64,000 nucleotides of DNA from Pelagomonas calceolata (lineage: Eukaryota). The notes under the pieces are model-generated. The model worked only from the letters and a program-made list of their open reading frames with translations, searched no databases and was not told the DNA's origin. A program made the position numbers and the translations under genes. Shown here in pieces: positions 43,480 to 54,217 of this stretch. The DNA lies in assembly GCA_918797485.1 (NCBI GenBank), contig CAKKNE010000004.1, positions 930,001 to 994,000 of the forward strand. The letters are read 5' to 3'. Numbering within the stretch: the stretch's first letter is position 1; every line of letters begins with the position of its first letter.

Positions 43480-44403
43480 ATGGCAGCACAAGTAGAGGCC
43501 ACGCCCAACGACGCCGCGGCCCTCGAGGCCTTTTTTGAGAAGGCAGGAGGTTGGCCGGCCGCACAACACAAGGTCGACGCGCTCGCCACGTTCGCGCAAC
43601 AAGCATTGGAAGCCAACGCGAAGGTCGCGCTCGTCACTTCCGGCGGAACCACAGCCCCTCTGGAAAGACGAACGGTGAGGTACGTGGACAACTTTAGTAC
43701 GGGAAATCGGGGCGCGGCGCTGGCCGAGCACCTCGCTTCCAAAGGGCAGACGCCAGCGTTTGACGCCACGGGCTACCGCGTCGTATACCTCCACCGGTCG
43801 ACGGCGGCGTTCCCCTTCACGCGGCACGTGCACGACGCGCTGCGCGCCGACCCGGCCGGGACGCTCCAGCGGCTGGCGGAGGGCCCGTATTGTGCGAAAT
43901 CCTTCGCGGCGCTGCAGGATTCCAAGCGGTTTCTGGCCGTACCCTTCGACACCATCGGCGAGTATTTGGGGCTCCTGCGGGCGTGCTGCACGGCGCTGGA
44001 GCCGCTCGGAGGGAATGTGCTCGTCGTCCTGGCGGCGGCGGTGTCAGACTTCTACGTGCCTGACCTCTGCGAGCACAAGATCCAGAGTCGTAGTGGTGGC
44101 GGTCTGTCGTTGGAGTTCGCGCCCGTGCCGAAATGTTTAGGTTATGTGAAGCGGTGGGGCTCGCCCCAGTTTTGTGTCTGTGGCTTCAAGCTCGAGACGG
44201 ACGAACAGCTCTTGAAAAAGAAAGCTATGGCGTCCCTCGCGAACTACGGCCTCGACTGCGTCGTGGCGAATATGTTGGCGACGTACCGGGAGCGCGCGAC
44301 GGTCTACACCGCGAGTGAGGGCGTCGTCGTCGCGGGCGACGACGTCGACGCGCGGCTCGCCGAGGAGCTGATGCGCGTGCACGCGGCGAGGGGCGTGTCG
44401 TAA
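43480..44403 (+). CDS. PPCS: Phosphopantothenate-cysteine ligase
   Basis: LVTSGGTTAPLERRTVRYVDNFSTGNRGA, AAAVSDFY, HKIQS, FKLETD. Confidence 0.93.
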   Translation: MAAQVEATPNDAAALEAFFEKAGGWPAAQHKVDALATFAQQALEANAKVALVTSGGTTAPLERRTVRYVDNFSTGNRGAALAEHLASKGQTPAFDATGYRVVYLHRSTAAFPFTRHVHDALRADPAGTLQRLAEGPYCAKSFAALQDSKRFLAVPFDTIGEYLGLLRACCTALEPLGGNVLVVLAAAVSDFYVPDLCEHKIQSRSGGGLSLEFAPVPKCLGYVKRWGSPQFCVCGFKLETDEQLLKKKAMASLANYGLDCVVANMLATYRERATVYTASEGVVVAGDDVDARLAEELMRVHAARGVS

Positions 44404-44725
44404 GTTTTGACGACCTTTTCCGATGCGTCGCGCTCAAGGCCAGTCCACCGGTCTTGGACAGCGCCCCGATGCGTCTCGGGCGACGCCAGAGTCCGGTCGA
44501 CTGGACCGTACGGGGCTCCACGCTCGGAAGTGCGGGGCACTGCTTTCTGCTCTACTTCGGCCGACCGACCTCAAGACCTCAAGGCAGAAACTCGGCCGCG
44601 AGGCGCGCATGCAAGTAGAATCGATGCCATAAGGGGTAGCAAGGGCAACAACAGGGGCTGCAGGGCGCCACCTTACCAGGGGCTGCTGCCCCACGCAACA
44701 ACCTCGCACGAGGGACGCGAGGGCG

Positions 44726-46469
44726 ATGGCACCTCACCAGCAGATTATCCTCACCGCCTTGCTGCTGGGAGCAGCCCGCGCGCCCCCGCCGGGCGGTGGC
44801 CCTCCGGGCGGTGGCCCTCCGGGCGGTGGCCCGCCGGGCGGCGGCGGCGGCGGCGGCGGCGGGGGCGGGGGCGGCGGCGGCGGGGGCGGGGGCGGCAGTA
44901 GCGGCACGAGCTGTGCGGCGGACGGGAGCAGTGCGAGCTACACGGAGACGATCACGACCAAGAGCGGCGTGAGCGTGCGGGAGATCGTGTCCACCGGTTG
45001 TCCCAACCACGAGTCCTACTGCACGGGGAAACCCGGAAATTCGTGCGGCGACGAAGGAGAGCAAACGACGCTCGTCGAGGCCACCGAGCAAAGCTTGAGT
45101 GTCGAGGTGCCCGCGAATCCAAAACTCAAGAACTCGTTTACGGCCGGCGAGCTCGATTGTTCCATGGGCACCGTTGCCTACGCGCTGAACGGAGTTGGAT
45201 TCTATTCCGGCGCAGTTGCGTTTGATTTGGGTGGCAACTGCCCTCAGCTCGACGTGGCCGATCCGGAGGCCGAGTGGATCTCGTTTGATTGCTGTTCCGG
45301 GCACAGCACGGGCTCCGGCGGCTACCACTACCACTTCCCCCCATCGTGCTTAATTGCGCAAGCCAACGCTGACGCACCCATAGCGGGTGGACACTCGCCG
45401 CAGATTGGCTGGGCGCAGGATGGCTTCCCGATCTGTCCGCGACCGGCGTCTGCTTATACGCCATCGACGCGACTCGTCATTCACCGCCCAATTCCGCGCA
45501 GACGGCCCTTTCGGCCCCGGCGGCGTCGAGATTCGGAATTGCGGCGCCTCAGGCGCCGACGCGACCTACTGCCAGGACGCGTGCGGCGGCTACGAGGGTG
45601 AGCTGGACGGCGTCGATAATTATAAGTATCGCTACTACGTCACGGGCAAGGTCGGCGACCTGAATGCTCTGCCTTCGAACCCGAAGCCCGACTCGGAGGC
45701 GCTCTATTTTCCGTACACCATAAGGTGCCACCGTGGTGCGACGGTCAGCGAGTATAACAGCGTGCCGGGTTCCAACGGCTACACGAGCGCGCACACCGCT
45801 ACCGCGCACCCGGGTTACACGACGCCCCTCCCGGTCCAGTGCCTCGACGGCAAGGGCCTCGACGACTACGACGTCTTCGCAAGCGCGCCGGCGCCCACGC
45901 CTCGGCCGACGCCGGCACCTACCACGCCTCGGCCGACGCCGGCGCCCGTCGAGGACGCGCCGGCACCCGTCGAGGACCCCACGCCCCGGCCGACGCCGAT
46001 CCCGACGCCGCAGCCGACGCGGGAGCCGACGGTCGCGCCGACGCCCGAGCCGACGACGCCCTCAAGAAGACGGCGGCGCGACGACGACCACGACGACCAC
46101 TGGTGGGACTATTACCACGAAGAAGAAGACGACGACGACGACGACTGCGGCTCGGAGCTCGTCATGTCCGGCGGCCTCGTCGCGATCGGACTCACGTTTA
46201 CCGGGATAAGCATCGCTGCGATCGCGAATGCGGTCCAGGAACAATGCGCATTAGGACCGACAATCGTCTACGAGGCTGGGACGACGAATCCCTACTACAT
46301 CTCACCAAATCTATGCTCCATCGGGACCAAGACCTACGCTTCGAAGAAGACCGTGCGCGACGCCTCGCCGCGCAAGGTCTGCCGCAAGTTCTGCGAGGCT
46401 GCATCAGAGAAGGGGAAACTTGCACTGAAGCACGTGCAGGGCCTGACGTGCTACTGCAAACGGAAGTAG
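44726..46469 (+). CDS. Secreted/surface YHYH-domain protein with poly-Gly and Pro/Thr-rich stalk; intron 45435-45501
   Basis: ALNGVGFY, GYHYH, IGWAQDGFPI|YGP, YRYYVT, FPY; PTPRP repeats. Confidence 0.85.
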
Positions 46470-46704
46470 CAGCAAGTGGTGTAATGTGTTCTTGCTTGTG
46501 AGTTCTAATGGCGCCGGCCGCCCCGTGGGTGCCACTATCCCCTCTTTGTAACGGTGCTAGGACTAGTGGGCGGCGTCCCTGGGGGAAGCGTACAGGATAC
46601 CAAGCTCGGAAGAGGCACTAGCTTTCTGCTCTCCTGCCAGTGCCACGACTCGCGACCGCCCTTCGCAGCCCGAGCTGGCCGGGCAGCCATCGGTCATCAT
46701 AATC

Positions 46705-47202
46705 ATGAGCGCGGACCTCATCAAGGCCGCGAAAGCAGGCGACGTGGCGGAGGCGCGGCGCTGCCTCGACGCCGGTGCGGACGGGAAGAGGAATGAAGCT
46801 TTAATGGAAGCAGCCCGGTGCGGCCACGCGGAGGTGGCAGCTTTGCTCATAGAGCGCGGCGCGAACGCGTCGTACGGCTCCAAGAAGTGCGATTTTCAGA
46901 CGCCGTTGATCCAGGCTGCTCTAGAAAATAAGCTCGCCGTCGTCGAGCTGTTGATAGAAAAAGGAGCGAACGTCAACGCGAATGATAATGATTTCCGGAC
47001 GGCGCTGATGTACGCCGCGAAGGAGGGCCACGTGGCCGTCGTGGAGGCACTACTCAAAGCCGAGCCGGATTTGACATTGTCAGACAACGACGACTTGACG
47101 GCGCCGATGTTAGCTCAACTCTTCGACCAGGACGCCGTCGTCGAGATTTTTAAGGCCGCTGGCGTCACGCAGTTCGAGAAGGAGGACTCGGACGACTACT
47201 GA
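46705..47202 (+). CDS. Ankyrin-repeat protein
   Basis: QTPLIQAA, GANVNA, RTALMYAAKEGHVAVVEALL. Confidence 0.9.
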   Translation: MSADLIKAAKAGDVAEARRCLDAGADGKRNEALMEAARCGHAEVAALLIERGANASYGSKKCDFQTPLIQAALENKLAVVELLIEKGANVNANDNDFRTALMYAAKEGHVAVVEALLKAEPDLTLSDNDDLTAPMLAQLFDQDAVVEIFKAAGVTQFEKEDSDDY

Positions 47203-47317
47203 GGCGCGCCTCCTGAAATTCGCCTCCCCGCCACAGCGGGAATAAGTATTAATGTATTACTATTACGCTGAGGCTTCGCGGCGAGTCTCCTGCCCAGAGA
47301 GTCGCTATATTGCTACC

Positions 47318-47540
47318 TTACACGCTCCCCGACGGCGGCGGCGACGGCTGCGTTTCGCGGGCGCGGAGCGCGGCCCGCGCCTCTCGCAAGCGGCGCTCAA
47401 TACATCCTGTATGCGGGTGTGAGCTACCGAGCACACGCCGCGCGATCCGTTCCGTGTCCTCGAGCGTCGTCACGGCCTCGCGGAGCTCCTTGAGCGTGGC
47501 GCCGTCGGCTTTGTAGAGCGCCTCCCCGTAAATCCACCCT
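47318..47540 (-). pseudogene. 5'-truncated fragment of a TPR-like repeat gene
   Basis: WIYGEALYKADGATLKELREAVTTLEDTERIARRVLGSSHPHT...* with no start seen. Confidence 0.6.
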
Positions 47541-47709
47541 GGGCTGGACGCACGTGGACGTGCTCGACGCCTTCGGCGGCTCGGCGACGGAGTACTCTTC
47601 CACTGAGTTCTACGCCGATGCGGTCCACTTGAATGAGGATGGCTACGCGCGACTGTGGACTTTACCTAAAATCCAGGCGTTCTTCGAGTGCTATACGCCG
47701 AAGGCCTAG
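47539..47709 (+). pseudogene. 5'-truncated SGNH hydrolase C-terminal fragment
   Basis: GWTHVDVLDAFGG...FYADAVHLNEDGYARLW (DxxHL block V) with no N-terminal half. Confidence 0.6.
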
Positions 47710-48065
47710 TGTGGGCCCCAAACACTGATTCCCCAAATTGGCTATCGCGCGATTTCATTCGCAGGGTGGGCGCAATCTTACCAAAAGCCACCGTACAGGA
47801 CCAGCGGCACGACCTACACCCAAGGCGAGAACTAAATGTTGAATTGCACATCACCACACGCCACCGATTGAAGCGCCTCGACAAGCAGCGACTAACCACC
47901 CTGAAAGTCAATGATTGCAGGGCGCGGCAGGCGCGGCGCCGCGCGTTGAAGGGCCAGCTGCCGGCCCTGTTTCGAGCGCACGGCTTTTACCGGCCGGAAA
48001 TCGTTCGCCACGTCCTGACGTACGTCGGCTACGACCTCCCGGCGGGACACCTTACGGATAAATAG
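47710..48065 (+). other. ATG-less ORF fragment with F-box-like tail
   Basis: Open frame ending RPEIVRHVLTYVGYD...*; no in-frame ATG. Confidence 0.3.
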
Positions 48066-48088
48066 AATTCAAATTCACACCTAAACTA

Positions 48089-51000
48089 TTAAGATGGCAG
48101 GTTCTGCCCCCGACCCGCCGCCAACCCGACGCCCTTGGGCATCTTCTGCTTCCGCGAGTCCTTCAGCTCCGACGTCTGGTAGTAGTGCGGCGCGATCTCG
48201 CAGAGCCAGTCCGGCTCGATCGGTAAAACGTTGCGCATGTACTCTTTGGAAGTAAACGCTAATTCATGATAACAGACCCACTTGGGCATCACCTCCTCGT
48301 GGGCCATGACCGAGGAAGGATGCACATACACGGTCTTCATCTGTTTTACAGTTTTGTACTCTCCCGAAGAGGCCAATTTGGCGGCGTTGTAGAAGTAGCC
48401 GCCGCAGATGGCCTTGGACAAGGCTTCGACGTCGGACGCTTCGCTCAACTCGAGCTCGACGCGCTCACAAAGGCCAGCGAACTGGTCCCGCACATCCCTC
48501 GCCCTAACCATGGACTTGGCCTGAATATAGTTCTCGAAGCACCACTGCGTCGACATGTCCGCGTCGGCCCACTGCTTGTAGACGCGCAGCAAAGCGCCGT
48601 GATCACCGCCGCCTCCTCTTGCAAAATTCATCCGAGCGTTATCCGCGTGGACCGCCCGATCTTTCGGTCGGTAGTAGACGGCATTTCCAGCGTTCAACAT
48701 GGCACCCACAATAATACACTCAGAGACACACCCGTACTTGTCTCCGAGAATAATCGCCTTCGAGAGCTGGGGATCACACGGGAACTCGGCCATTCGTCGG
48801 CCTAGCTTCGTGAGCTCGCCGCGATCGTTCAGCGCTCCCAGCGCGTAGAGCTGCTCTAAAGCTCGGATGAGCATCTCGGCGGGCGGCGGGTCCTGCGTGA
48901 GTCATGGCGTCGCGGGGCGTCGACGGCGATGGCGTGCCGTGTGTGTTCGCGCGAGCGTCGCGGCGATGGCGTAGAGCACATACGCCATCGACGCGAGTCT
49001 CAAGGGTCGAAGCAGACGTCGCGTCGATGGCGTATGACTAGACGCCGGCGCGCGACCATGAAATCGAAGTGCAGCAAATCGTGGATCCCCAGCGACTTCA
49101 GCATCAACACCACGGAGTTCATGTTCGTCCGCTGGATCTCGGGGATCGTATTTTCTTCCAACTCATGCGCAAAGCTCCACTTCGTGTAGAGCCGGAAACA
49201 CGTCCCCGGTTGGGTCCGACCGGCTCTCCCGGCTCGCTGCGCCGCCTGCGCTTGACTAATTGGAGTGACGATCAACGATTCAATACCAGAACGGGGGTTG
49301 TAGGTCTTCTGCTTGCAGAAACCCGTGTCGATGACGTAACATATGCCGTCGATGGTCAGAGACGTCTCAGCGATGTTCGTGCCGATCACGACCTTCCGCG
49401 CGTCCTTCGGCGTGGGCTCGAAGATCTTGGCCTGCTGTTCGGACGGGAGGGAGGCGTAGATGGGGCAGATGAGGAGTTCCTTGATGCGCGCTCCCAATGC
49501 TTTTGTGCGCTCCAATAAGTTCTCTACCGCGGCTTCTATTTCTTCCTGGCCCGTCAGGAACACGAGGATGTCTCCGGGCGGCTGGGAGACGTGCGTCTGG
49601 AGGACCGAAACTACTGCCGCGTCCAAGTAATCGGCTTCTGGCGCCTTCGTATATAAAATTTCCACATCATAAGTCCTCCCGGGAATGTTAAATATAGCGG
49701 CATCATCAAAATACGTCGAAAAGGCCTCGGCGTTCATCGTCGCGCTCGATATCACGATCTTGATGTCTTCCCGGAACCGTGCTATATCTTTTATCAGGCC
49801 AAACAACACATCCGTATGTAGAGTACGTTCATGCGCCTCGTCGATCATCATGACGCTGTAGGACTGGAGGTCGGGCTCTCCTAAAAACTCGCGGAGGAGC
49901 CTGCGCGGCGTTGTAGGGTGACGGCGTGCTCTCGCGCGCGTCGACGGCGCCTCGCTACGCCTGGACGCCATCGACGCGACGCACGCGCGCCGTCGAGCAG
50001 ACAACGCAGCGATGGCGTGCTCTCTCGCGCGCGTCGACGGTGCCGCGGCGCCCCGCGACGGCGCGCTCTCGGCGCCATCGACGAACAGGACGCCGCCGCA
50101 TTACATGCCGTCCGTCATGTATTTAATGACCGTGTCCTGGGAGGTACAATCTTCAAACCGGATGGAGTAGCCCACTTCTCTGCCAAGGACCACATCGAGC
50201 TCCTTGGAAACGCGAGCAGCAACCGACATGGCCGCGACGCGCCGCGGCTGCGTGCACCCAATACATCCCACCTTCGAATAGCCGACCTCGTGGAGGTACT
50301 GGGGCAGTTGCGTCGTTTTCCCAGAACCGGTCTCGCCGACGACGATGAGCACTTGATTATCTTGGACCGCCTCGAGGAACTCCTCCCGGTAGGCGTAGAC
50401 CGGCAGCTTCTTCCTCACCGCCAAGAGCTCCTCATGAGCCGTCAGCTTGGCGAGTTTCTTGGAATCTCTGGAACTCCTTTCTATTTCCGGAACCGCTAAA
50501 TCGGCCTTCTTGCCCTTCTTCACGTCATCTTTTCCTTTGAGTAACATCGCATCCCTCACGAAGTCGACGTGGTCCTCGAAGACGTAGTCTTCATCAGAAA
50601 CGTCATACCTCGACTTCTTTTTTTGCCTCGATGAGCCGGCTCGTCGCTGCTGTTCTTGGTCCCAGAGCTCCTGCTCCGTCAGCGGCTCGTCCTCCTCTTC
50701 ATACCTCTGGTTCAGGGCGGATTCTCTAGCCTCAGCTAACGACTGTTCCTTCGGGCGATCCTCGTACGCGTCCGGGACCCTATAGCCATCATCATTTTTC
50801 TGGAAGCGGTGGCGGTCCTTGGCCTGCGTTGGTTGCGGTGAGTCTCTCTCGCACGGTGGCGACTCCGTAGCCCCGCGACGCCGTCGCCGCGAGCTGTTCG
50901 AAATTCGAGGACGCCGCACCCCTACCATCGCCAAGATTTTTTTGGACAGCTCGTGCTGCTGCTTCTCCTCCGCCGTGAGCTGCTCGTCGCCGAAGAGCTG

Positions 51001-51740
51001 CTCCTCCTGGTCGACCTCCGCTTGGAGCAAATCGAGTTGCTTCGCCTGCGCGGAGCATCGCGGTGTCCGAACGGCCTCAAACTCGAAAAAGAAACGACCC
51101 ACGGCATCGTGAGACGGACACGAGTCCACCACAACACGACGGGACGCCGCGAGCGCGCCTCCCACTTGTCGAGGTACGCCTGCCTCGCGAACTTTCTCAT
51201 TAATTTAACATCATCTTCCCTTGCGAGCGGGTCGACGGTCCCTCGCGTGGCCAACTCCGCGATCTCCTGCTGACTGAGCCCTTGCTCCGCTTCTAATCGT
51301 TTCGTTCTAAGTTCGTCCCTTTCCCTCATCCTTTGCACTAGTGCGTCGCGCTCCTCCAGGTCCTCGTCCAGGGCGTTGTCCTTCCGCTGGGCCTCGGGGT
51401 CCACGATCTGCTGCGTGCGCTGCGTTCTTCTTCGTTGTTTCTCTCGCAGCTGCTCTATCCTCGACGTGGTGTCGTCTTCGTTCGAAGATGGCAAAGGTTG
51501 CCGTCTCCGTCTAGGTTGTTGGGACGAGGTTTGGGCGCCGGCCGAGCCTCTCGCTCGCTGCCACAATTCGTCGCAGAAGTTGGCATCGTTGATGTCGGCC
51601 TCTCTGAGCAGTGCCGCGAGCTGGTCTCTCGAGGAGGCCCTGGCGGGTAAGGACGCGACGTAGGACGCTACGCTGGACGAGGAGAAGCCGGCGACGGCGT
51701 GGAGGGCGTCGGCGACCCAGGCTTTGAGGTCGTCGGCCAT
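48089..51740 (-). CDS. DHX16: Pre-mRNA splicing DEAH helicase DHX16/Prp2; introns 51046-51158, 50824-50925, 49901-50104, 48893-49056
   Basis: [54 protein letters not shown]; spliced length 3069 nt. Confidence 0.93.
51046..51158 (-). mobile_element. Repetitive intron, family A (GC-AG)
   Basis: GGCGTCCCGTCGTG...CACGATGCCGTGGGTCGTTTCTTTTTCGAGTTTGAGGCC...CTCCGCGCAG, similar to 13367, 12109 and 2199. Confidence 0.78.
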
Positions 51741-52084
51741 GGCTGCGGTGCGGCCTCAGGAGGCAGGGCCTGCTCTCCGCTGCTGTTGGGCCCGCGAGTC
51801 TATTTTTTTGGCAGGCGGTCACAGTGGTGCCGTAGGTCTGCTGCCGCAACGCTGGCTTATCACCACGGCGGTTCTGCACTCGTTCCAGGCGCTCAAAGCT
51901 TTAGCCCATGAGGCTAGTACGAGAGTACGCTAGCAAGACGCGTCTCGAAGACGCCTGAATCGCTCTGCGCACGCGTCGGAGAGCCGGCGACGGCGTTGGA
52001 GGCTGGCAAAAGGCGCGTCCTGAATTGCCTCGCTTTGGCCCGCAGCAGGACCGGCGATCGAGCTTTACGCCGCGGAGGACAGCC

Positions 52085-52767
52085 ATGGGGTTAAACTCAG
52101 CGTCTCTAGGAGCCATGAATGATGCAAAGAAAGCACCGCTGGAGCGATAAGACCGTCGGACGTCCAGCGAGCGAGTACAGCTCTTGCTGCAGCGAGGCCG
52201 CCTGTACATGCTACAAGCGCGCCCGCGGGCCGCAAGACTGAGAGCCGGCACCGCTAGCAATCCTGCGAGCCCGCCGGCAACGCTCGGAGGCCGCCGGCGA
52301 CGCTCACAGAGGACGCGCCAACGAGACGCCCGCTCGAGACCGCGAACGAAGCATCACACCCCTCACCACACAGGTTCTCCCGCTTCGTCGAAGTCGGACG
52401 GATCGTCCTCGTGAACTACGGCCCCGACGCCGGCAAGCTCGCGACGATTATTGATATTGTCGACGGGAACAAGTGCATGATCGACGGGCCCGTGCCGAAG
52501 ACGGGCGTGGCGCGCCAAGTCATCCCCTTCAAGCGGCTCGCATTAACTGACATCGTCATCGAAGTGCCCAAGAGCGCTAGGCAGAAGACGCTCGTGAAGG
52601 CGTGGGACGCCGAGAAGGTCGAGGAGACGTGGGCCGCCACCTCCTGGGCGAAGAAGTTGGCAAGAAAGAAGGTGCGCGCGTCGCTGACGGACTTCCAGCG
52701 CTTCCAGCTCATGGTCGCGCGGAAGCAGAAGGCGGCATTGGTCAAGGCGCAGCTCGAGAAGATGTGA
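52085..52767 (+). CDS. RPL14: 60S ribosomal protein L14 (eL14); probable intron 52090-52373
   Basis: MG|FSRFVEVGRIVLVNYGPDAGKLATIIDIVD...LTDFQRF. First exon inferred. Confidence 0.92.
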
Positions 52768-52895
52768 GGTAGACGGGTAAAAAAAAATACTAGTGATTCG
52801 CGTCGACGGCGTGGTGGGGGGCGTCTTCCGGCGACAGGTGCGACTCGTGATAGGAGTACACCGTCACGGTGAAAAATTAAAAAAACATCACGACG

Positions 52896-53711
52896 TTAGA
52901 AAATAGAAAACTCCTCGCGCACATCCGACTCGCCCGGGAGGCGGCTCCGCTCGACCGCGGTGACGGAGCCGTCCGCGCGGACGAGGAACACCGTATGCGT
53001 CCGCGTGCCCCAGAACTTGTTCGAGGAGACCTCGACGGGCGGCACGCAGACGTAGCAGAGCCGGTCCTCGACGCTTGGAGGCATGCGCGTCGGCGAGAGC
53101 GGTAGCTTCGTGCCGTCGGCGAGCACATCAAACAACGCCTCCACGAGGGCGTCGTCCGCAGCGTCGCGGAGCGCCTCGGCGAAGCGTGCGCGCCCCCGCT
53201 CCGCCGTCGACCAGGCCGCGTCCAGGCCGGGCGCGGCGTTCGTGATCACGCTGATCCCGCGCGGCATCTCTGCGACACCACCGCCGCGGTTGCACGCGTG
53301 CCAGGCGTCTTCACTTGATCCGAAGACGGCGTTGAAGCCCGCGTATTGCGCGCCGTCGCGGACGGCGGCGCGCGCCGCTTCCTCTGGCGTTGACTCGCCG
53401 AGCAGAAAATTCGCGCAGAGCGCGCCGCGCGACGGGGCATCTGGCGGCGCTTGCTCCGGCTCGCGGACGTTCAGAATACACGACCAGCGTCCACCGTCAG
53501 ACATCCCTAGCCACGTGCCACCTCCACTTATATCGCGGCCGCCGACCACCTTCTCGTTGTCGCGCCAGCGCCCGAGCCGGTCCGCGGGCCTTGATAAGAT
53601 CTCGTCGCGGTTCGACGCGATGACGAGGCGGTAGCGTTTGGCGAGTTCGTGCTCCCACTCCTCACAAACCTCGTCCGGCGCCGGCGCCCGCCACACAAAA
53701 ACCAGACACAT
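52896..53711 (-). CDS. TANGO2: TANGO2 / NRDE-family protein
   Basis: N-terminal MC, IASNRDE, GRDISGGGTWLG, SRG, YAGFN, GTRTHTV. Confidence 0.92.
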   Translation of the reverse strand: MCLVFVWRAPAPDEVCEEWEHELAKRYRLVIASNRDEILSRPADRLGRWRDNEKVVGGRDISGGGTWLGMSDGGRWSCILNVREPEQAPPDAPSRGALCANFLLGESTPEEAARAAVRDGAQYAGFNAVFGSSEDAWHACNRGGGVAEMPRGISVITNAAPGLDAAWSTAERGRARFAEALRDAADDALVEALFDVLADGTKLPLSPTRMPPSVEDRLCYVCVPPVEVSSNKFWGTRTHTVFLVRADGSVTAVERSRLPGESDVREEFSIF

Positions 53712-53870
53712 TCAGAGGTCGTGCACAATCTCCGCGCCGAGCTCGTGACCCGCGAGCCAGATGAAGAGCGTCAGTAAACCGGCGATGGACGTGAGCACGA
53801 TGCAGAGGTCCCAGGGACCGTCGGGCTCGTCCTGCGGTCGGCGGCGCGGCAGTCGCGGCTTGGGGGGCAT
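53712..53870 (-). CDS. 52-aa single-TM microprotein ORF abutting TANGO2
   Basis: MPPKPRLPRRRPQDEPDGPWDLCIVLTSIAGLLTLFIWLAGHELGAEIVHDL*; start context CCAAAAACAC-ATG; TGA immediately followed by the TANGO2 ATG. Confidence 0.65.
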   Translation of the reverse strand: MPPKPRLPRRRPQDEPDGPWDLCIVLTSIAGLLTLFIWLAGHELGAEIVHDL

Positions 53871-54034
53871 GTGTTTTTGGGCTGTGCTGGGTGGTGGTGT
53901 TGTGCAGCGGCAGTTATGGCCGACGAGTGGCGCTGTCGTGTTAGATACAGCGAGCAGCGATGCGAAGCGTCACTTCTACGGTCCGGAGACCTACTGCTTC
54001 GATCTCTACGTCCACTTTTTTCACCCTGGGATTG

Positions 54035-54056
54035 CTAGTGTCTTACAGACCGCTAG
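54035..54056 (+). promoter_or_regulatory. CTAG-bounded intergenic motif
   Basis: CTAGTGTCTTACAGACCGCTAG, about 165 and 162 bp from the divergent ATGs at 53870 and 54218. Confidence 0.7.
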
Positions 54057-54217
54057 CCCTCTGAAATTCAGGGTCAGCTTTGTTCCGGGCGCGCGACTCA
54101 AAAGGCGGGCACGCGAGACTCCCTAGGCCAGTAGCCCTCCGCCTAAACGGCGCCCGCCGCGAACGCCGCGAGAAAACGCCCCGAAACCGCCGACCAATAA
54201 TTGCCACAAAAATCTCC

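Noticed and set aside
44785..44900. GGC-rich tandem repeats
   Set aside because: In-frame PPGGG and poly-Gly coding sequence, not a CRISPR array or satellite.
52225..52300. CTGAGA suggesting a TPP riboswitch, and GGCCGCAAGACTGA resembling SSU rRNA
   Set aside because: The other conserved riboswitch elements are missing and the rRNA likeness is too short to be meaningful.
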